This document shows, piece by piece, positions 1 through 11,164 of a stretch of DNA of 64,000 nucleotides. The number at the start of each line of letters is the position of its first letter. Positions within the stretch are counted from its first letter, which is position 1. A program made the position numbers and the translations under genes. The stretch is taken from positions 62,001 through 126,000 of the forward strand of contig NW_027191469.1 of assembly GCF_011745625.1 (NCBI RefSeq). The letters run 5' to 3'. Origin of the DNA: Cladosporium halotolerans. Lineage: Eukaryota. The notes under the pieces are model-generated. The model was not told where the DNA came from and searched no databases. It worked only from the letters and a program-made list of their open reading frames with translations.

Positions 1-1
1 G

Positions 2-1204
2 TTGTTTGAGGATCGCATCAAGCAGCTTCATCCTGCCGCACAGGTCTTGCGGACCGGCATCGAGCCTGAGCTTGAGGGTCAGTACCTTCAGATCTTTGCG
101 GTCAGCATCCACAAGGATCTTCATCACACAGTCTATCAGCGCACGAAGGTTGCTCAGACTGTCCGTGATTACTACTTGCTTTCGAGCCCGTACAGGTTCT
201 CTACGACGTCGCGGCAGCCCTTGAAGGATGTTCCGATCACCGATCAGCCTGTGGAGAAGATCGTCTACACCACTGTTGAGGCATTCCCAACAATCCTGCG
301 TCGTGCGGAGATTGTCAAGACGGATGTTTCAATGCTTTCTGCCGTTGAAGCCGCTGTCGAACGGACAGCAAGGAAGACGCAGGAGCTTACCGCCTTGGAG
401 AAGCGCATCTCAAGCGGCGACGAAGGGGCCAGAGATCAACTGTCCGAAGCTATCCTTCTTTCCGTCGATCCAAGCTCTGAGAGCAGCGTCGCCAGATACC
501 GCAGCCTTCTACCTGCGGTCGCCACGAAAGACGACGTGTCCGAAGAGGTCGATCCTAACAATGTCGATCTGACCGGCGCAGAGCAACCTCAAATGGACAC
601 TTTCCAGTCGGCGCTCCACACCGCGCTCCTTGACCACGCACTCGTTATCCGCAGGTGTCTGTTCTTCTACAACCGCTCCGCGCACGTCGCCACCCGTGCC
701 GAGCTCGTCCCCAGATTCGAAGCGACCTTCGAGCACGAACTCTCAATCTTATTCCCCGGGCAAGCGAACATCGTCGACTTCAGTGATATCCCGTCCCCCG
801 ACGCAGAACAGCCCCCCGCGAACGGCCAGCAAGCGACCGACGGCGCCGCCGCAGCCAACGAATCCGCGATCATCGACGACGGCCAGCCGGGCGAATCGGT
901 CTTCCGGCGTGGAAGGAGACGCTCGCTGTCCTTCCTTAAGCGCGGCTCGATCAGCTCGCTCCGCGGCAGATTGTCAGAACACAGCCAGCAGAATGGAGGC
1001 GCGGACGAAAACGGGCGGGTGTCGAGGAACGAGAGCCGGAACCGTAGCCAGAGCCGCGGCAGGCTGAGTCTATTCGACAGACGGCCGAGCGTGGACACCA
1101 GGCCTGGCAGCGCTGCGGGCGGCGGCGGCACGCTGAAGAAGCGGCTGAGTTTCCTGTCGAATGGTGGGAGCTGGGGACATGCGACTTACAATGACGGGTA
1201 TTAA
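2..1204 (+). CDS. C-terminal part of a DOCK-family Rho GEF (DHR-2/Docker domain plus low-complexity tail); 5' end lies outside the window
   Basis: The ORF is open from the window edge. It has DHR-2 lobe B/C-like segments (YLQIFAVS, F..SRP-like region, YTTVEAFPTILRRAEIV, LSAVEAAVE, SVD...VARYR) followed by an Arg/Ser-rich tail; stop TAA at 1202-1204. Confidence 0.8.
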   Translation: MFEDRIKQLHPAAQVLRTGIEPELEGQYLQIFAVSIHKDLHHTVYQRTKVAQTVRDYYLLSSPYRFSTTSRQPLKDVPITDQPVEKIVYTTVEAFPTILRRAEIVKTDVSMLSAVEAAVERTARKTQELTALEKRISSGDEGARDQLSEAILLSVDPSSESSVARYRSLLPAVATKDDVSEEVDPNNVDLTGAEQPQMDTFQSALHTALLDHALVIRRCLFFYNRSAHVATRAELVPRFEATFEHELSILFPGQANIVDFSDIPSPDAEQPPANGQQATDGAAAANESAIIDDGQPGESVFRRGRRRSLSFLKRGSISSLRGRLSEHSQQNGGADENGRVSRNESRNRSQSRGRLSLFDRRPSVDTRPGSAAGGGGTLKKRLSFLSNGGSWGHATYNDGY

Positions 1205-1739
1205 GATTGAGGAGACTGATGGTGTGATGACTTGGGTAAGCCTCTTTTTCTTTTCTGTTTCTTTTCTTCTTCTACTTCATGTTTGTGGATTGGTTAGGTT
1301 TGGTTTGGGGAGGCTTTGATACCCTGGGGCTCTCGAAAGTGTATCAGTATTGCGTTTATGGCATTGGGTGCACACTGCATACTTTGTGTAGGATATTTTA
1401 TAATCAGTACTTGTGTCAATTTCCCTCAATTGTTTGTAACTTTGACTCTCGAGTCCCTCCAGTCGGAGGTTGGCGATGCACTGTCTCAATGTCACACCAC
1501 GGTTATGATGTCGCCGCAGCGATCGCGCCCCACGTTGTCCCGCATTGTCAGCTCTCTGTCGGACTTCATCCAACGCTCCTTCCTTGATTAAGACCATATC
1601 TGTGTGCACCCGACTTCGAACAAGGACTCTAGTTTGCCCGTTCTTACATATTCCGGCTCAACCACAAGATATCAAAAGTCTGCATTACCCGTCCCAGAGC
1701 CGGTCTTTTCATCGCAAAGGAAGACACTTTCGTCCCGAC

Positions 1740-2816
1740 ATGTCACAACCCACCATCAAGACCAGAGTGCTCATCATCTCGGACACTCACAATGCGCCTC
1801 TCAGCGAGAAGGGCGACGGAAAACCCATCGCCCCCTTCAAATCACCGCTGCCGTCAGCAGACCTCCTCATCCACTGCGGGGACCTCACAATGACCGGCCA
1901 GCAAGACGAATACCACCGGACGCTCGACATGCTCTCCGAGATCTCCGCGCCCGTGAAACTCGTCATAGCCGGTAACCACGATCTCTCGCTGGACCGCGAC
2001 TTCGTCTCATCTCACCGCACGCACGACCCGCAACGCCGCCAACCGCCCTCTATGAGCGAAGAGGACGCTGACGCCCGCGTCAACGCCGCCAGGGATCTCT
2101 GGACCGCACCAGATGGCCGCGCAAAGCAAGAAGGCGTGACCTACCTGGACGAAGGCCTGCACACGATTCCCCTCCCCAACGGCGCAGTGGCGACGGTCTA
2201 CGCTTCGCCGTACACGCCTGAGTTCTGGGACTGGGCGTTCCCCTACGAGCGGCACGAAGACCGCTTCAATGGACCTGGAACCGCGCTCTCAGACGCCGTC
2301 AGCATAGCGCCGTACCCTATGCCAACGCGCTCGAAAGCCGTGCGGCCGGTCGATATCGTCATGACGCATGGTCCGCCTTGGAAACGGCTCGATCCTACGG
2401 CGCGTGTTGAGGCAGTGGGGTGTCCGCATTTGCTGAGGGCGCTGATGAGAGCTAGGCCGACGCTGTGTTGTTTCGGGCATATTCATGAGGGGTGGGGTGC
2501 AGAAAGGGTGATGTGGGCGGAAGGGGCGGAGGAGGTTCCTGGAAAGGCTTGCTCCATTGAGGAGTGGCAGAAGGGTGGATGGGAGGACGGAGTTAAGGCG
2601 AGGGGTGGAGGTGGTGGGCTTGATATCACACCGATAAAGTGCGATGCGGAGGCTGCGAGAGAGAAACGGGCGGAGTTTATTGACATTTCGAAGGAGGGTA
2701 GCAAAGCTATCACGCCAGGTGAGGAGACGTTGTTTGTCAATGCGGCAATCATGGATGTTGCATATCGTCCAGTAAATGCGCCCTGGGTGGTCGACCTGGA
2801 TCTTCCCGCAAGATAA
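1740..2816 (+). CDS. Calcineurin-like metallophosphoesterase (MPPED/239FB-like)
   Basis: ATG at 1740 (MSQPTIKTRVLIISDTH). All metal-binding motifs are present: DTH, HCGD, GNHD, THGPP, FGHIHE, plus C-terminal T.FVNAAI. No intron is needed. Confidence 0.88.
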   Translation: MSQPTIKTRVLIISDTHNAPLSEKGDGKPIAPFKSPLPSADLLIHCGDLTMTGQQDEYHRTLDMLSEISAPVKLVIAGNHDLSLDRDFVSSHRTHDPQRRQPPSMSEEDADARVNAARDLWTAPDGRAKQEGVTYLDEGLHTIPLPNGAVATVYASPYTPEFWDWAFPYERHEDRFNGPGTALSDAVSIAPYPMPTRSKAVRPVDIVMTHGPPWKRLDPTARVEAVGCPHLLRALMRARPTLCCFGHIHEGWGAERVMWAEGAEEVPGKACSIEEWQKGGWEDGVKARGGGGGLDITPIKCDAEAAREKRAEFIDISKEGSKAITPGEETLFVNAAIMDVAYRPVNAPWVVDLDLPAR

Positions 2817-3221
2817 GAGCTGAAGCTGTAGTTTTATGGATTGTGACTGTCAAGTACGGTTGACGGAACCGTGGTGCAGTATTCGCATGTCAGAACCAAT
2901 GAATAAGTATTGTAATGGTCAAGGGCCCACAATACTCAACTTCTCGCAGACACCGTCCTTTGTGCGCCACGTCCTCTTCATCGTACATTTAGCGGAAAGG
3001 GGGATGTTTTCACAGTTTCCCAACGCATCTCTGAACAGATTGTTTTCTATTGAGCATATGTGACAAATAAGTCTGCGCTTTTGACATTTTGCATGTGGAG
3101 TATCCGCCCCTGGCGAGTTGAGACGAGAGACGTACATCACCTCATCGACCCTCACATTTTGGGCATTGTCTATATAACAGCACAAAGAAAGCCAAAATCG
3201 AATAGGAACGTCAAAAACGTC

Positions 3222-3293
3222 GCCTCTTTGGCTTAGTGGTACAGCGTGTCACTCGTAATGACAAGATCCCTCGTTCGATTCGGGGAAGGGGCA
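3222..3293 (+). tRNA. tRNA-Thr (anticodon CGT), intronless
   Basis: Cloverleaf read by eye: acceptor stem GCCTCTT/AAGGGGC plus discriminator A; D arm with TAGTGGT; anticodon arm TGTCA-CTCGTAA-TGACA; T arm CCTCG-TTCGATT-CGGGG. A T-run (Pol III terminator) follows at about 3298-3301. Confidence 0.95.
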
Positions 3294-4113
3294 GTCCTTT
3301 TGCGGGCACTCCTTTTGACCAGGGGGTTCAATATCACCCCGCCCCTGCTTCGATACCCCGCTTGTGTGGGGATAATTAGTTTTTCGGCATGCTGTAGAAC
3401 CGTGTCACCTGTCTGGATATAATAATCAACGGAAACCCACCCTTGCGTGACATTTTTGGCCTGGGTGACACAGATGGTGAAACTTTCCGCTGCGATGGAC
3501 GACGCGTACCAGTCAACAGAATAATCAGTCAGCGATGAGACTTCGATCATCTCACATCCCGTAATCAGTATTGCGTCCGTTCTCCAAAAAGCTTGCACTC
3601 CCGTCAGTGGAAACTGCGAACGAGATGTGAGGCAGCGATTAATGAGAAGACCATCCCAACCCTGCGCCGTCAAAGAAACGCCACACACGCCCTGGGACCA
3701 CAAACGGGCGGTAACTGTGATTGAAGATAACAATCAACTGATTGAACATACATCACACAGGTGTTCCTTTGGTTTCGGAGAGCCAAAAGTCGATCATCTC
3801 TTTGCTCAAGTCCCGCAACAGCGCACATCCCGCAGCTGTTCACGTTGCTTCTATCGCTTACGGTTGTATTGTATGTTCCCGCACGAAAATGCAGCGTACT
3901 AGAAGGTCTTCTCCGACTTCAGACACATTTGACGGACCTTGACAACTGCTAAGAACTTCCTGCAAAAGCAACGTGAACACATCCATGAAACGCTAAACGT
4001 GAATTGCCGTCGCCCCGAGCGAAAGACTGTGCGGACATTTTGTTCGATTCTTCTATATGCAAACCCTACCAAGATGCAGAATCACCATCGCTACAGTATT
4101 CAACCTCATTCCC

Positions 4114-5828
4114 TCAACCCCTCCTCCTCCTCCTAACATATGCCCTGTACCCTAAAATTCCCACACAACTCAGCACACAAAACCCGACGGCAACCTTATA
4201 ACCATACATGTAGTTCGGCGCCTGCTTCGCCGGCCACAGCGCCAACGGCATGGCCGAGTTGCCCACAAACAGCAACGACACGGTCCAAGCAACCAGAATG
4301 GCGCGCTCCGTCGGCTGGCTCTTGAACGTGTCGCCCAGCCAGCTCATGATGAGCGGCTCGTTGATGACGGTGGTGAACGAGAGCAAGAACGCAGCCATCT
4401 TGAGACCATCGGACGCCGGCCACGCGGCGAGAATAGAGGCGCAGACGAGCTGGATGGCGTTGACGAAGATGGCGAGCTGCCAGCGCATCTGCAGGCGGTC
4501 GGAGAGGGAGGCGAAAAGGATGGCGGAGAAGATGCTGATGCCGTAGGCGCCGACGGGGATGTTGGAGACTTCGGTGACGGAGAAGCGCTTGGAGCCGTCG
4601 GTGTTGCGCAGGCTGTCGAGGAAGAGGTTGAAGTAGGCGTTTGTTTGCTGGGCCCAGCCCCAAGGTGCGTAGGCGAGGAAGATGAGGGCGAAGGCTGGGC
4701 TGAACATGGTTTTGGCGGCTTTGCGGAGGAGGGGCATGATGGGTTGTGGGCTGAGGGACTGCGTGCGCTTGCCGATGGTTTTGAGGCGGAGGATGGCGGC
4801 GGTGCGTTCGTCTTTACGGAGGTAGCGGGCGCGGGTGTTGGTTGGATAGTCAGGGATGGTAAAGTAGGCGATGGTGGCGCTGACTATTGTCATGATGCCG
4901 TTGATGATGAAGAGCCATCTCCAGCCTGGCAGTCCGGCTCGGGAGTCGAGAGTCTGGTGGATGGCTGATTGCATTGCGAAGGTGAACTAATTGGGACGTT
5001 AGTTCAGTCTTATGGTACTTTCCTCACGCATCAACTCGTTTTGCATGAGAGCTTCTGAGGACGACCGTCATCAGATGACTTACTGCAAGACCGTTAGCTT
5101 TCGTTCATTCATGGTAGTGATAAGCAGTTCTTACCCATGCTCCCAACGTATGATGCCGAAAGATAGATAGCCTGGCGTTTTGCCATCTCACGCGGCGTGT
5201 ACCAAGACAATAGCAGGACAGTGGTTCCTGGCCACGCACTGGCCTCACACATGCCTATCAGCCAACGGAGGACATACATAGGCTTCGGTGAGCTCGCGAT
5301 CGCCATGCAGCCAGTCAAAAGGCCCCAGACAATCTCCAAGGACGGAAGCCAGAGCGACGGCCGTACACGCATCATGATCAGGACAGAAGGAACCATAAAG
5401 ATAGCAAAAGCGATGGTGAAGTAGATGTCAAGCCAGTTGAGGACATTGGTTCCTTCGAGGCCTAGATCGTCGCGCATGCCAGCGGTATAGGCGGCTTTGT
5501 AGTTCGTCTGGTCGATTTTCTTCATAATGATCGAGATGCAGGCGTTCGGAAGGAATATGAAGTCGAGCTTGCGGACGAGTCGTTTTTCGGAGGCTGCCCG
5601 TACCGATGCATCTTCAGGGCTTTCGACGTCGTCCCAGGGTGCCGCGTCGTCGCTATCGCTCTCTGTATTTGAGGGTTGGCTTTGTGGACCAGAGTCTTTT
5701 TGCTGCAAGCCACTTCCATTGCTTCTTTGCACTGGCGTAGTGCTTGAGATCTCCTGCACCTGAGTGATGGGGCCGTCGGCGTTCACATCAGCATGCTTCG
5801 CCGTGTCTTGCGCTTGCGAACGGCCCAT
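4114..5828 (-). CDS. MFS transporter, anion:cation symporter family (pantothenate/allantoate permease, Liz1/Fen2-like); exons 5828-5136 and 4986-4114, about 521 aa
   Basis: Motifs include EKRLVRKLD, IDQTNYKAAYTAGMRDDLGL, RPSLWLP, RWLIGMCEA..WPG....LSWYTPREMAKR, GLPGWRWLFIINGIMT and IPDYP. The in-frame junction GSM|FTFAMQSA requires removal of 5135-4987 (see stwintron finding). Confidence 0.9.
4987..5135 (-). other. [D1,2] stwintron: a 52-nt internal intron (5134-5083) nested inside the donor of a 97-nt external intron (G5135 plus 5082-4987)
   Basis: The minus strand reads ATG|G-GTAAGA...GCTAAC-ggtcttg-CAG-TAAGTC...ACTAAC-gtcccaat-TAG|TTC. There are two branch/acceptor sets. Removing the inner intron rebuilds GTAAGT, and only this route keeps the reading frame. 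Confidence 0.85.
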
Positions 5829-6322
5829 GATGGCCTCTCGGATGCTTCAACAAAAAGAGAAGTGAATAATGGAAAGATCATGCTAGGTTTGAAGGATGAT
5901 GCAGCTTTTGCTTAGTGTAGTTGGCCTTGAGCCAAGGTGGGCCGGGATGTCCAAGCGTGCATAAGGAAGTGCCCGGCGAATGTTGACATGTAGTATTCAT
6001 CATCGGATGCCAGGCTTTCAATGCCCGACCGAGGGAGCCATGTTGTGGATGTGAAACGACTTTAATCGATAGAGTATACAGATAGACTTTCCTCAGCACG
6101 TACGGTCCGCTAATTCCTCCCAATGACCACAACGACAGTCGAAATGCTCTCTCTTCACGCCCGACCATCATGGTTGCAGAAGAGAAACGGAGGGCGAGCC
6201 AGTCAAATTCGGCGGATTGTCACCTCGCCCCACCAGCACTTCGGCAAATCACCAAGCGACAGCCTGCAGCCGATCCAAAGTAAAACCCACGCCTGCATGC
6301 ATGGGACGGTGATAAACGAACG

Positions 6323-7696
6323 ATGGATACAACAGCCGCAGTCCTCATCCTCGACCTCCCGGCACCGGCCCTCGCCGGTATAGACCTGCTCTCCTTCACG
6401 ACAACGCCACGCTTCCGCGGCGTCAAAGACCTCCCACCGGGCCTGCATTTCGTCTTCACAGGCTCCAGCACCGCCTTCTCCGTCCGCCACGGCATCTGGT
6501 TCCGCGTGCACGATCGCCACCAACTCACCATCGCCCGTTGGCAGCAACCCGACGAGACCCTCGCCGTCGAAACCGACGAGACCGAAAAGTTGAGATGGCG
6601 CGCCAACATCGGCGAAGTCTGGGAGAAAGGCCTGACGCCCTATCGACAAACCTCATCGACCAAAGACAACGACGAAGAAGCCCACGATGAATCCGGCGAC
6701 TGGCTCCCACTGACCTCCTACATCACCGACTCCCTCCTCAGCCGCATAACCCAAGGCTCCTCAACGCCCTGGCACCTGACCTCCGCCTCCTCCGCGCCGC
6801 AAGACCTCGACGAAATCCCCGGCCTCGGCGCCTCCTCCAGCGCCACGCACCCAGAACCAGCCCTGCACTTCCTCCCCATCGACCTCAAACGCACCTGGCG
6901 CGCCGACGCCACGGGCCGCGAGCGCACCGACGCCGCGCAAGACCGCTCCTGGGCACTGAACGACCTGCTCACGCAACAGGACTCGCCAGACGGCACCGAG
7001 ATCCTCGGCGAGCTGCAGTTCTGCTTCCTGACGCTGCTGACGCTGAACAACTGGTCGTGTCTGGAGCAGTGGAAGCGGATCCTGACGCTGCTGTTCACGT
7101 GCAAGAGCGCCGTGGGCGCGAAGCCGGATTTGTTCGTGCGCGCGATCGCGACGCTGAGGCTGCACTTGATGCATTGCAAGGATGCCGAGGGCGGGTTGAT
7201 CGATTTGGCGGATGAGGGTGGGAATCTGCTGAAGTCGCTGCTGGCGCGGTTCCGCAAGGGTTTGGAGGGTATGGTGCCGCGCGCTGAGGAGGTGCAGGAT
7301 GTGCTGGATGAGCTGGACGATCTGGAGGCGTACCTCCGGGACGAGCACGGGTGGCAGTTCGGTGGATCGTTTGCGAAATCTGGCTTGCTGGAGCTGGAGG
7401 ACGGGGAGCAGGTGCGGATGGACACGACGGCTTACGATGAAGATGATGAGACGGGCGAGTATGCGCCGTTAGTGGTGGATTTGAGCCCGGAGCAGGCGAA
7501 GTTGTTGGGGCTGGGGGATGCGGTGGATTTGAGAGCCAAGTTGAAAGAGGCGAGTTTGCAGGCGAGGAACGAGGCCGAAGATGGCGATGAAGGAGCAAAA
7601 GCTCACGCTGCACAAGCCTCTAAGGACGATTCCGATGCTCAAGACGACGCGGACGAGGAAATGGACGATCTTGAAGACATGGACGCGCGGTATTGA
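6323..7696 (+). CDS. AAR2: AAR2-family U5 snRNP assembly factor (A1 cistron-splicing factor)
   Basis: 457-aa ORF with GIDLLSFTTTPRFRGVKDLPPGLHFVF, RHGIWF, LTPY, AQDRSWAL, ILGELQFCFL...NNWSCLEQWKRIL and EDDETGEYAPLVVDL. Confidence 0.9.
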   Translation: MDTTAAVLILDLPAPALAGIDLLSFTTTPRFRGVKDLPPGLHFVFTGSSTAFSVRHGIWFRVHDRHQLTIARWQQPDETLAVETDETEKLRWRANIGEVWEKGLTPYRQTSSTKDNDEEAHDESGDWLPLTSYITDSLLSRITQGSSTPWHLTSASSAPQDLDEIPGLGASSSATHPEPALHFLPIDLKRTWRADATGRERTDAAQDRSWALNDLLTQQDSPDGTEILGELQFCFLTLLTLNNWSCLEQWKRILTLLFTCKSAVGAKPDLFVRAIATLRLHLMHCKDAEGGLIDLADEGGNLLKSLLARFRKGLEGMVPRAEEVQDVLDELDDLEAYLRDEHGWQFGGSFAKSGLLELEDGEQVRMDTTAYDEDDETGEYAPLVVDLSPEQAKLLGLGDAVDLRAKLKEASLQARNEAEDGDEGAKAHAAQASKDDSDAQDDADEEMDDLEDMDARY

Positions 7697-8425
7697 ACGA
7701 TGCATCACCCCGCTTACGACTTGAATGACCATCAAAAGCGTTCTTTGATTCTTCCTGTACAACATATATCATCAATGCACTACCCACTTGACCTTCCGGG
7801 CATCCTCCTCACATTCCTTTCCTGTTTCCTTCCCTTCCATGGCGAATTGCGCGACTTCGAAATCACAGGAAAGAGACAATGATGGGAGCATATGTTCAAA
7901 TGTTCGTGGCGATTGTGGGCCCAGAATGCATGTATGCAGCCCAGTCCTGTTATGTACCAGTTTCCTCTCCGGTTCCTTCTCCTCTCTCGGCGACGGTTGA
8001 CGTCTACTCTTCCCTTCGTACCCTGTCTTACCTCATCTCGATCCTCTTCAAGAGCTCGCACTGTGAGCCTCTCTCCAAGGGAGATACGTTCCGTCTCTTC
8101 GTGCCCAAAAAGTAAGAAAATCCCAGAGACAAAAAGCAAAAACGCCATCGCCCGTCTAGAGCGTTCACAATCCAGATCCTCCCTACTCTTCTCTTCCTCT
8201 TACCTTCACTCAACCTTCCTTCTCACCCTATCTCACATCGTCTCATCACATCCCCTCCTCCATCCCCACATTCCGCCACCACGGCGTGCCAGAGCCCGTC
8301 GGATTAACCAATCCCTCCGCATCGCCCACCTGCCTCCTCTCACTAACCTCCCGACGAGCCGACAAGTCTCCCGCGCCCTTGCTCTTAAGCCGCATAGCCA
8401 TGCTGGAGAGCGTCAGGCTGGGGAC

Positions 8426-8450
8426 CTCCCTCTCCCTCTCCCTCTCCCTC
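8426..8450. repeat. Hexanucleotide microsatellite (CTCCCT)x4
   Basis: Directly visible. On the minus strand it encodes (RE)n within the open frame downstream of the PDK stop. Confidence 0.9.
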
Positions 8451-8566
8451 TGCAGTCTTCCGACGCGCGCCAATCCTTGGGTCGAACGCGAGGCGGGCCC
8501 ATTGTTCTTCGCAACACCGCCCGGGGCAGCGGCGATGGACCATTCGTCCCTCATGACTGGTCGTTG

Positions 8567-10119
8567 TCACTGCAGGGGCTCGGAGCTCGAGGACAGGCGA
8601 TTGAGGTGCAGGTAGACGTCGGTGCCGTAGCCCTCCATGGAGATGAGCTTGAGGTCGCCACCGAAGTAGCGCGCGTACAGGCGCGAGATGGGCAGGCCGT
8701 AGCCGAAGCCGGCCATGGGGGCCTTGAAGTCCGATTTGTTGAAGTCCGGGTCGAGGTTGGGGGTCTGGTCGACGGTCGTGTACATGTAGGTCCAGACGAG
8801 TGGGATGCTGGAGCGGGGAATTCCGCCGCCTTCGTCGCTGACTTTGATCGTGATGTCCTCGCGGCCTTCGCTGACGATCACCTGCGTGACGGGGAATTCC
8901 TCCTTGTCGGCGCCGTGGGTTTCGACGACGGCGCGCAGGCTGTTCTTGAGGGTTTCGAAGAGCATGTGCGACAAGTGGCCGGGCACGTACATGAAGTTGA
9001 GGTCGGGTGGGCAGACGAGGCGGACCTTGGGCGCGTCGAAGAGGCCGTAGTGGTCCTCGCAGACGAAGCGGGCGTTTTCGATTGCCTCCTGCGCCAGGTC
9101 GCGCACGTTGGTGTTGGTGCAGATGATGCCGACGTAGTTGGGATCCGAGTGCGTGCGTTGATCTGTCAGGGCGATGTGTTGGCCGATAAGCATGCGGATG
9201 CCTATACGGCTCATGTAGAAGCGGTCGAGGAAGGCCTGGATGTTGTGGTCTATCTGCATACGCTGCCGCTTGCGCTTGTATTCCAGAATTCCCTGTGCGA
9301 CGGTCGTCACGACCGGATCGTGTCTTCGTTTGATCTTCTCCAAAAGCCCGGCGAATTTGTTGTTGTAATCGGCCAGCTCTGGGGGCCAGCTCCCACTGTC
9401 TTCCGATATGCCGCTGTAGTATTTCCGCAAGCCGTTCACTCTTGAGTCACCGTTCCCGTTCCCGTTGCCGTTTCCATGCCCATTCTCTTTGTCGGCTGCC
9501 TTCGGCGGTTGTGATCTATACTGGCCTGGTTTGATACTGGGATTTGGGGATGTTTCACTTAGAGCTTTTGCGACTCTGGGGTTCTTGACAGGTCTTGAAA
9601 GGCGCTCCTTGACTTCTGTGGTAAGACTGGGTTTTTGTAAGGTTGTGATTTCCTGGTAAGAGAGATCAGCTTCTCCATCTGGGTGATTGCTCAGTCGTCT
9701 AGTCCTACCTCAAATGACTGCGCATACCAGTCCTGCACCCTCTTGATGCTGGGCATCTCGTTCAAGCCATCTGGAAGGTCTGCGAGCTCTTCCACACGAT
9801 GCGCCAGGCGGATAGGAAGCTCCTCTGAGAGGAATTGTGAGGCTCTGAATAAAGTGCCTGGGATAGTTGCGATTAGCCGAGAGCCTCAATGCACCGCAAT
9901 GGCTTGAATGAGCACTCACCCGTCGAAGGATTACTTCCAAATTGCACCCTGTATATCGAATTCTGTCAGCGCCAGTCCCTTCGAGAATGTTCATTCCACC
10001 CTTCCGCAGCCGATCCACCCAGCCAATGCGTACATTTGTCTCAGCGACACACCCGTGGCCGGGAAGTTCGCATAGTGCTTGATTGTGTTGGACAGCTCGG
10101 CCGTCGCTTTCCAGGCCAT
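8567..10119 (-). CDS. Mitochondrial pyruvate dehydrogenase kinase (PDK/BCKDK family); exons 10119-10034, 9948-9920, 9857-9709, 9652-8567
   Basis: The spliced product reads MAWKATAELSNTIKHYANFPATGVSLRQMVQFG...FLSEELPIRLAHRV...WYAQSFEE...FLDRFYMSRIGIRMLIGQH...FETLKNSLRA...SDEGGGIP...MAGFGYGLPISRLYARYFGGDL...SSSEPLQ*. It has three canonical GT-AG introns with branch sites. Confidence 0.95.
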
Positions 10120-11164
10120 ACTGCCGGGTTTGTGGGAGGCGAAAGGCCCGAAGGCCTATGCCGAGGTGGTGTATGGAGGTCGTGGGTGCGGTGCGTCACG
10201 GCGGCGGTGATGGGACGAGTCGCTGCGGTGGGCGATTGGGAAAGCAGTGGGAAGGAGAGAGGTGAAGAATGGACTAATAGTACAGGAGGGAGGGGTGCAT
10301 CGCGAGAGGGAAGACTGAGCAGACTCGCGTGAGTCGGAGAGTTGACATGCTCGGTGAGTCTTGCAGCACCGCTACCGCAGCGGCAGGCTAGGGCAGACGT
10401 CAGAGCTCTGGCCGCGGGGATTGGCGCGGGCGCCGTCGATGCTGTGCAGCCGGGCGGGCGGAGCCCACCAGAGGGCGAACCACATCCCACGCCCTGCCGA
10501 GGCCCGCCGTGTGAAGTGTATTTTGTTATTTTCACTGCTGCAAGAGGCTCTGAGTCAATGGGATGGCTTGATGGAGGATCAGTCGGCGACGCTCAGATCC
10601 ATCAACATCGACTTCACTTGACAAGGCCGCAACATCGCCGTCTTGATCGCATCGTGGCATCATCGTAGCACACATCATCCGCCATCTGTTGCCCACAAAA
10701 TTCCCCAGACTCCCTCCGAGCGAAGTGTGGGCACGCGAGCACGACCGCCCTGCCTCGGACAAACGCGGGTTCACCTATCTGCATCTTTGACCTGTTCGGG
10801 TCTCGATTTCCACCAAACATGTCGTTCGAGAGACACACTGCCATCTCCCCGTCCTCGTAAGCCGATACTACGCGGGCTCGATTTCGTGTTTTGGGCGGCC
10901 AATCGAGGGTTACAGCACGTGATCTTCAGCTTCTCGGCGAGAAACGGCTGTCACATGTCAGGTCATGTCATGAAATGTTGACCATGGCTCTCGTCTCACG
11001 TGTGGGAAATGGATCCCAAAAGACGAATCTTGTGGGAGCAAAAAAAATTCATTGATCATCAATCATCATAGCAGTCCTGGGGACGATCCATCAAGTCTCC
11101 AATGGCGACACAACTCAATCTCTTTCATCCTGTCAACAAGCACCAGATTAGGCATGCCCATCCG

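Noticed and set aside
1545..1739. N-terminal extension of the metallophosphoesterase in the ORF track
   Set aside because: It starts at a non-ATG codon; homology-like sequence begins right after the ATG at 1740.
3233..3900. 166-aa minus-strand ORF and nearby protein-like fragments
   Set aside because: Its end is the reverse complement of the tRNA-Thr. The remainder may be a decayed gene, but I cannot support a family call.
7892..9445. 517-aa plus-strand ORF
   Set aside because: Antisense shadow of the GC3-rich PDK gene and its downstream open frame; no recognisable protein features.
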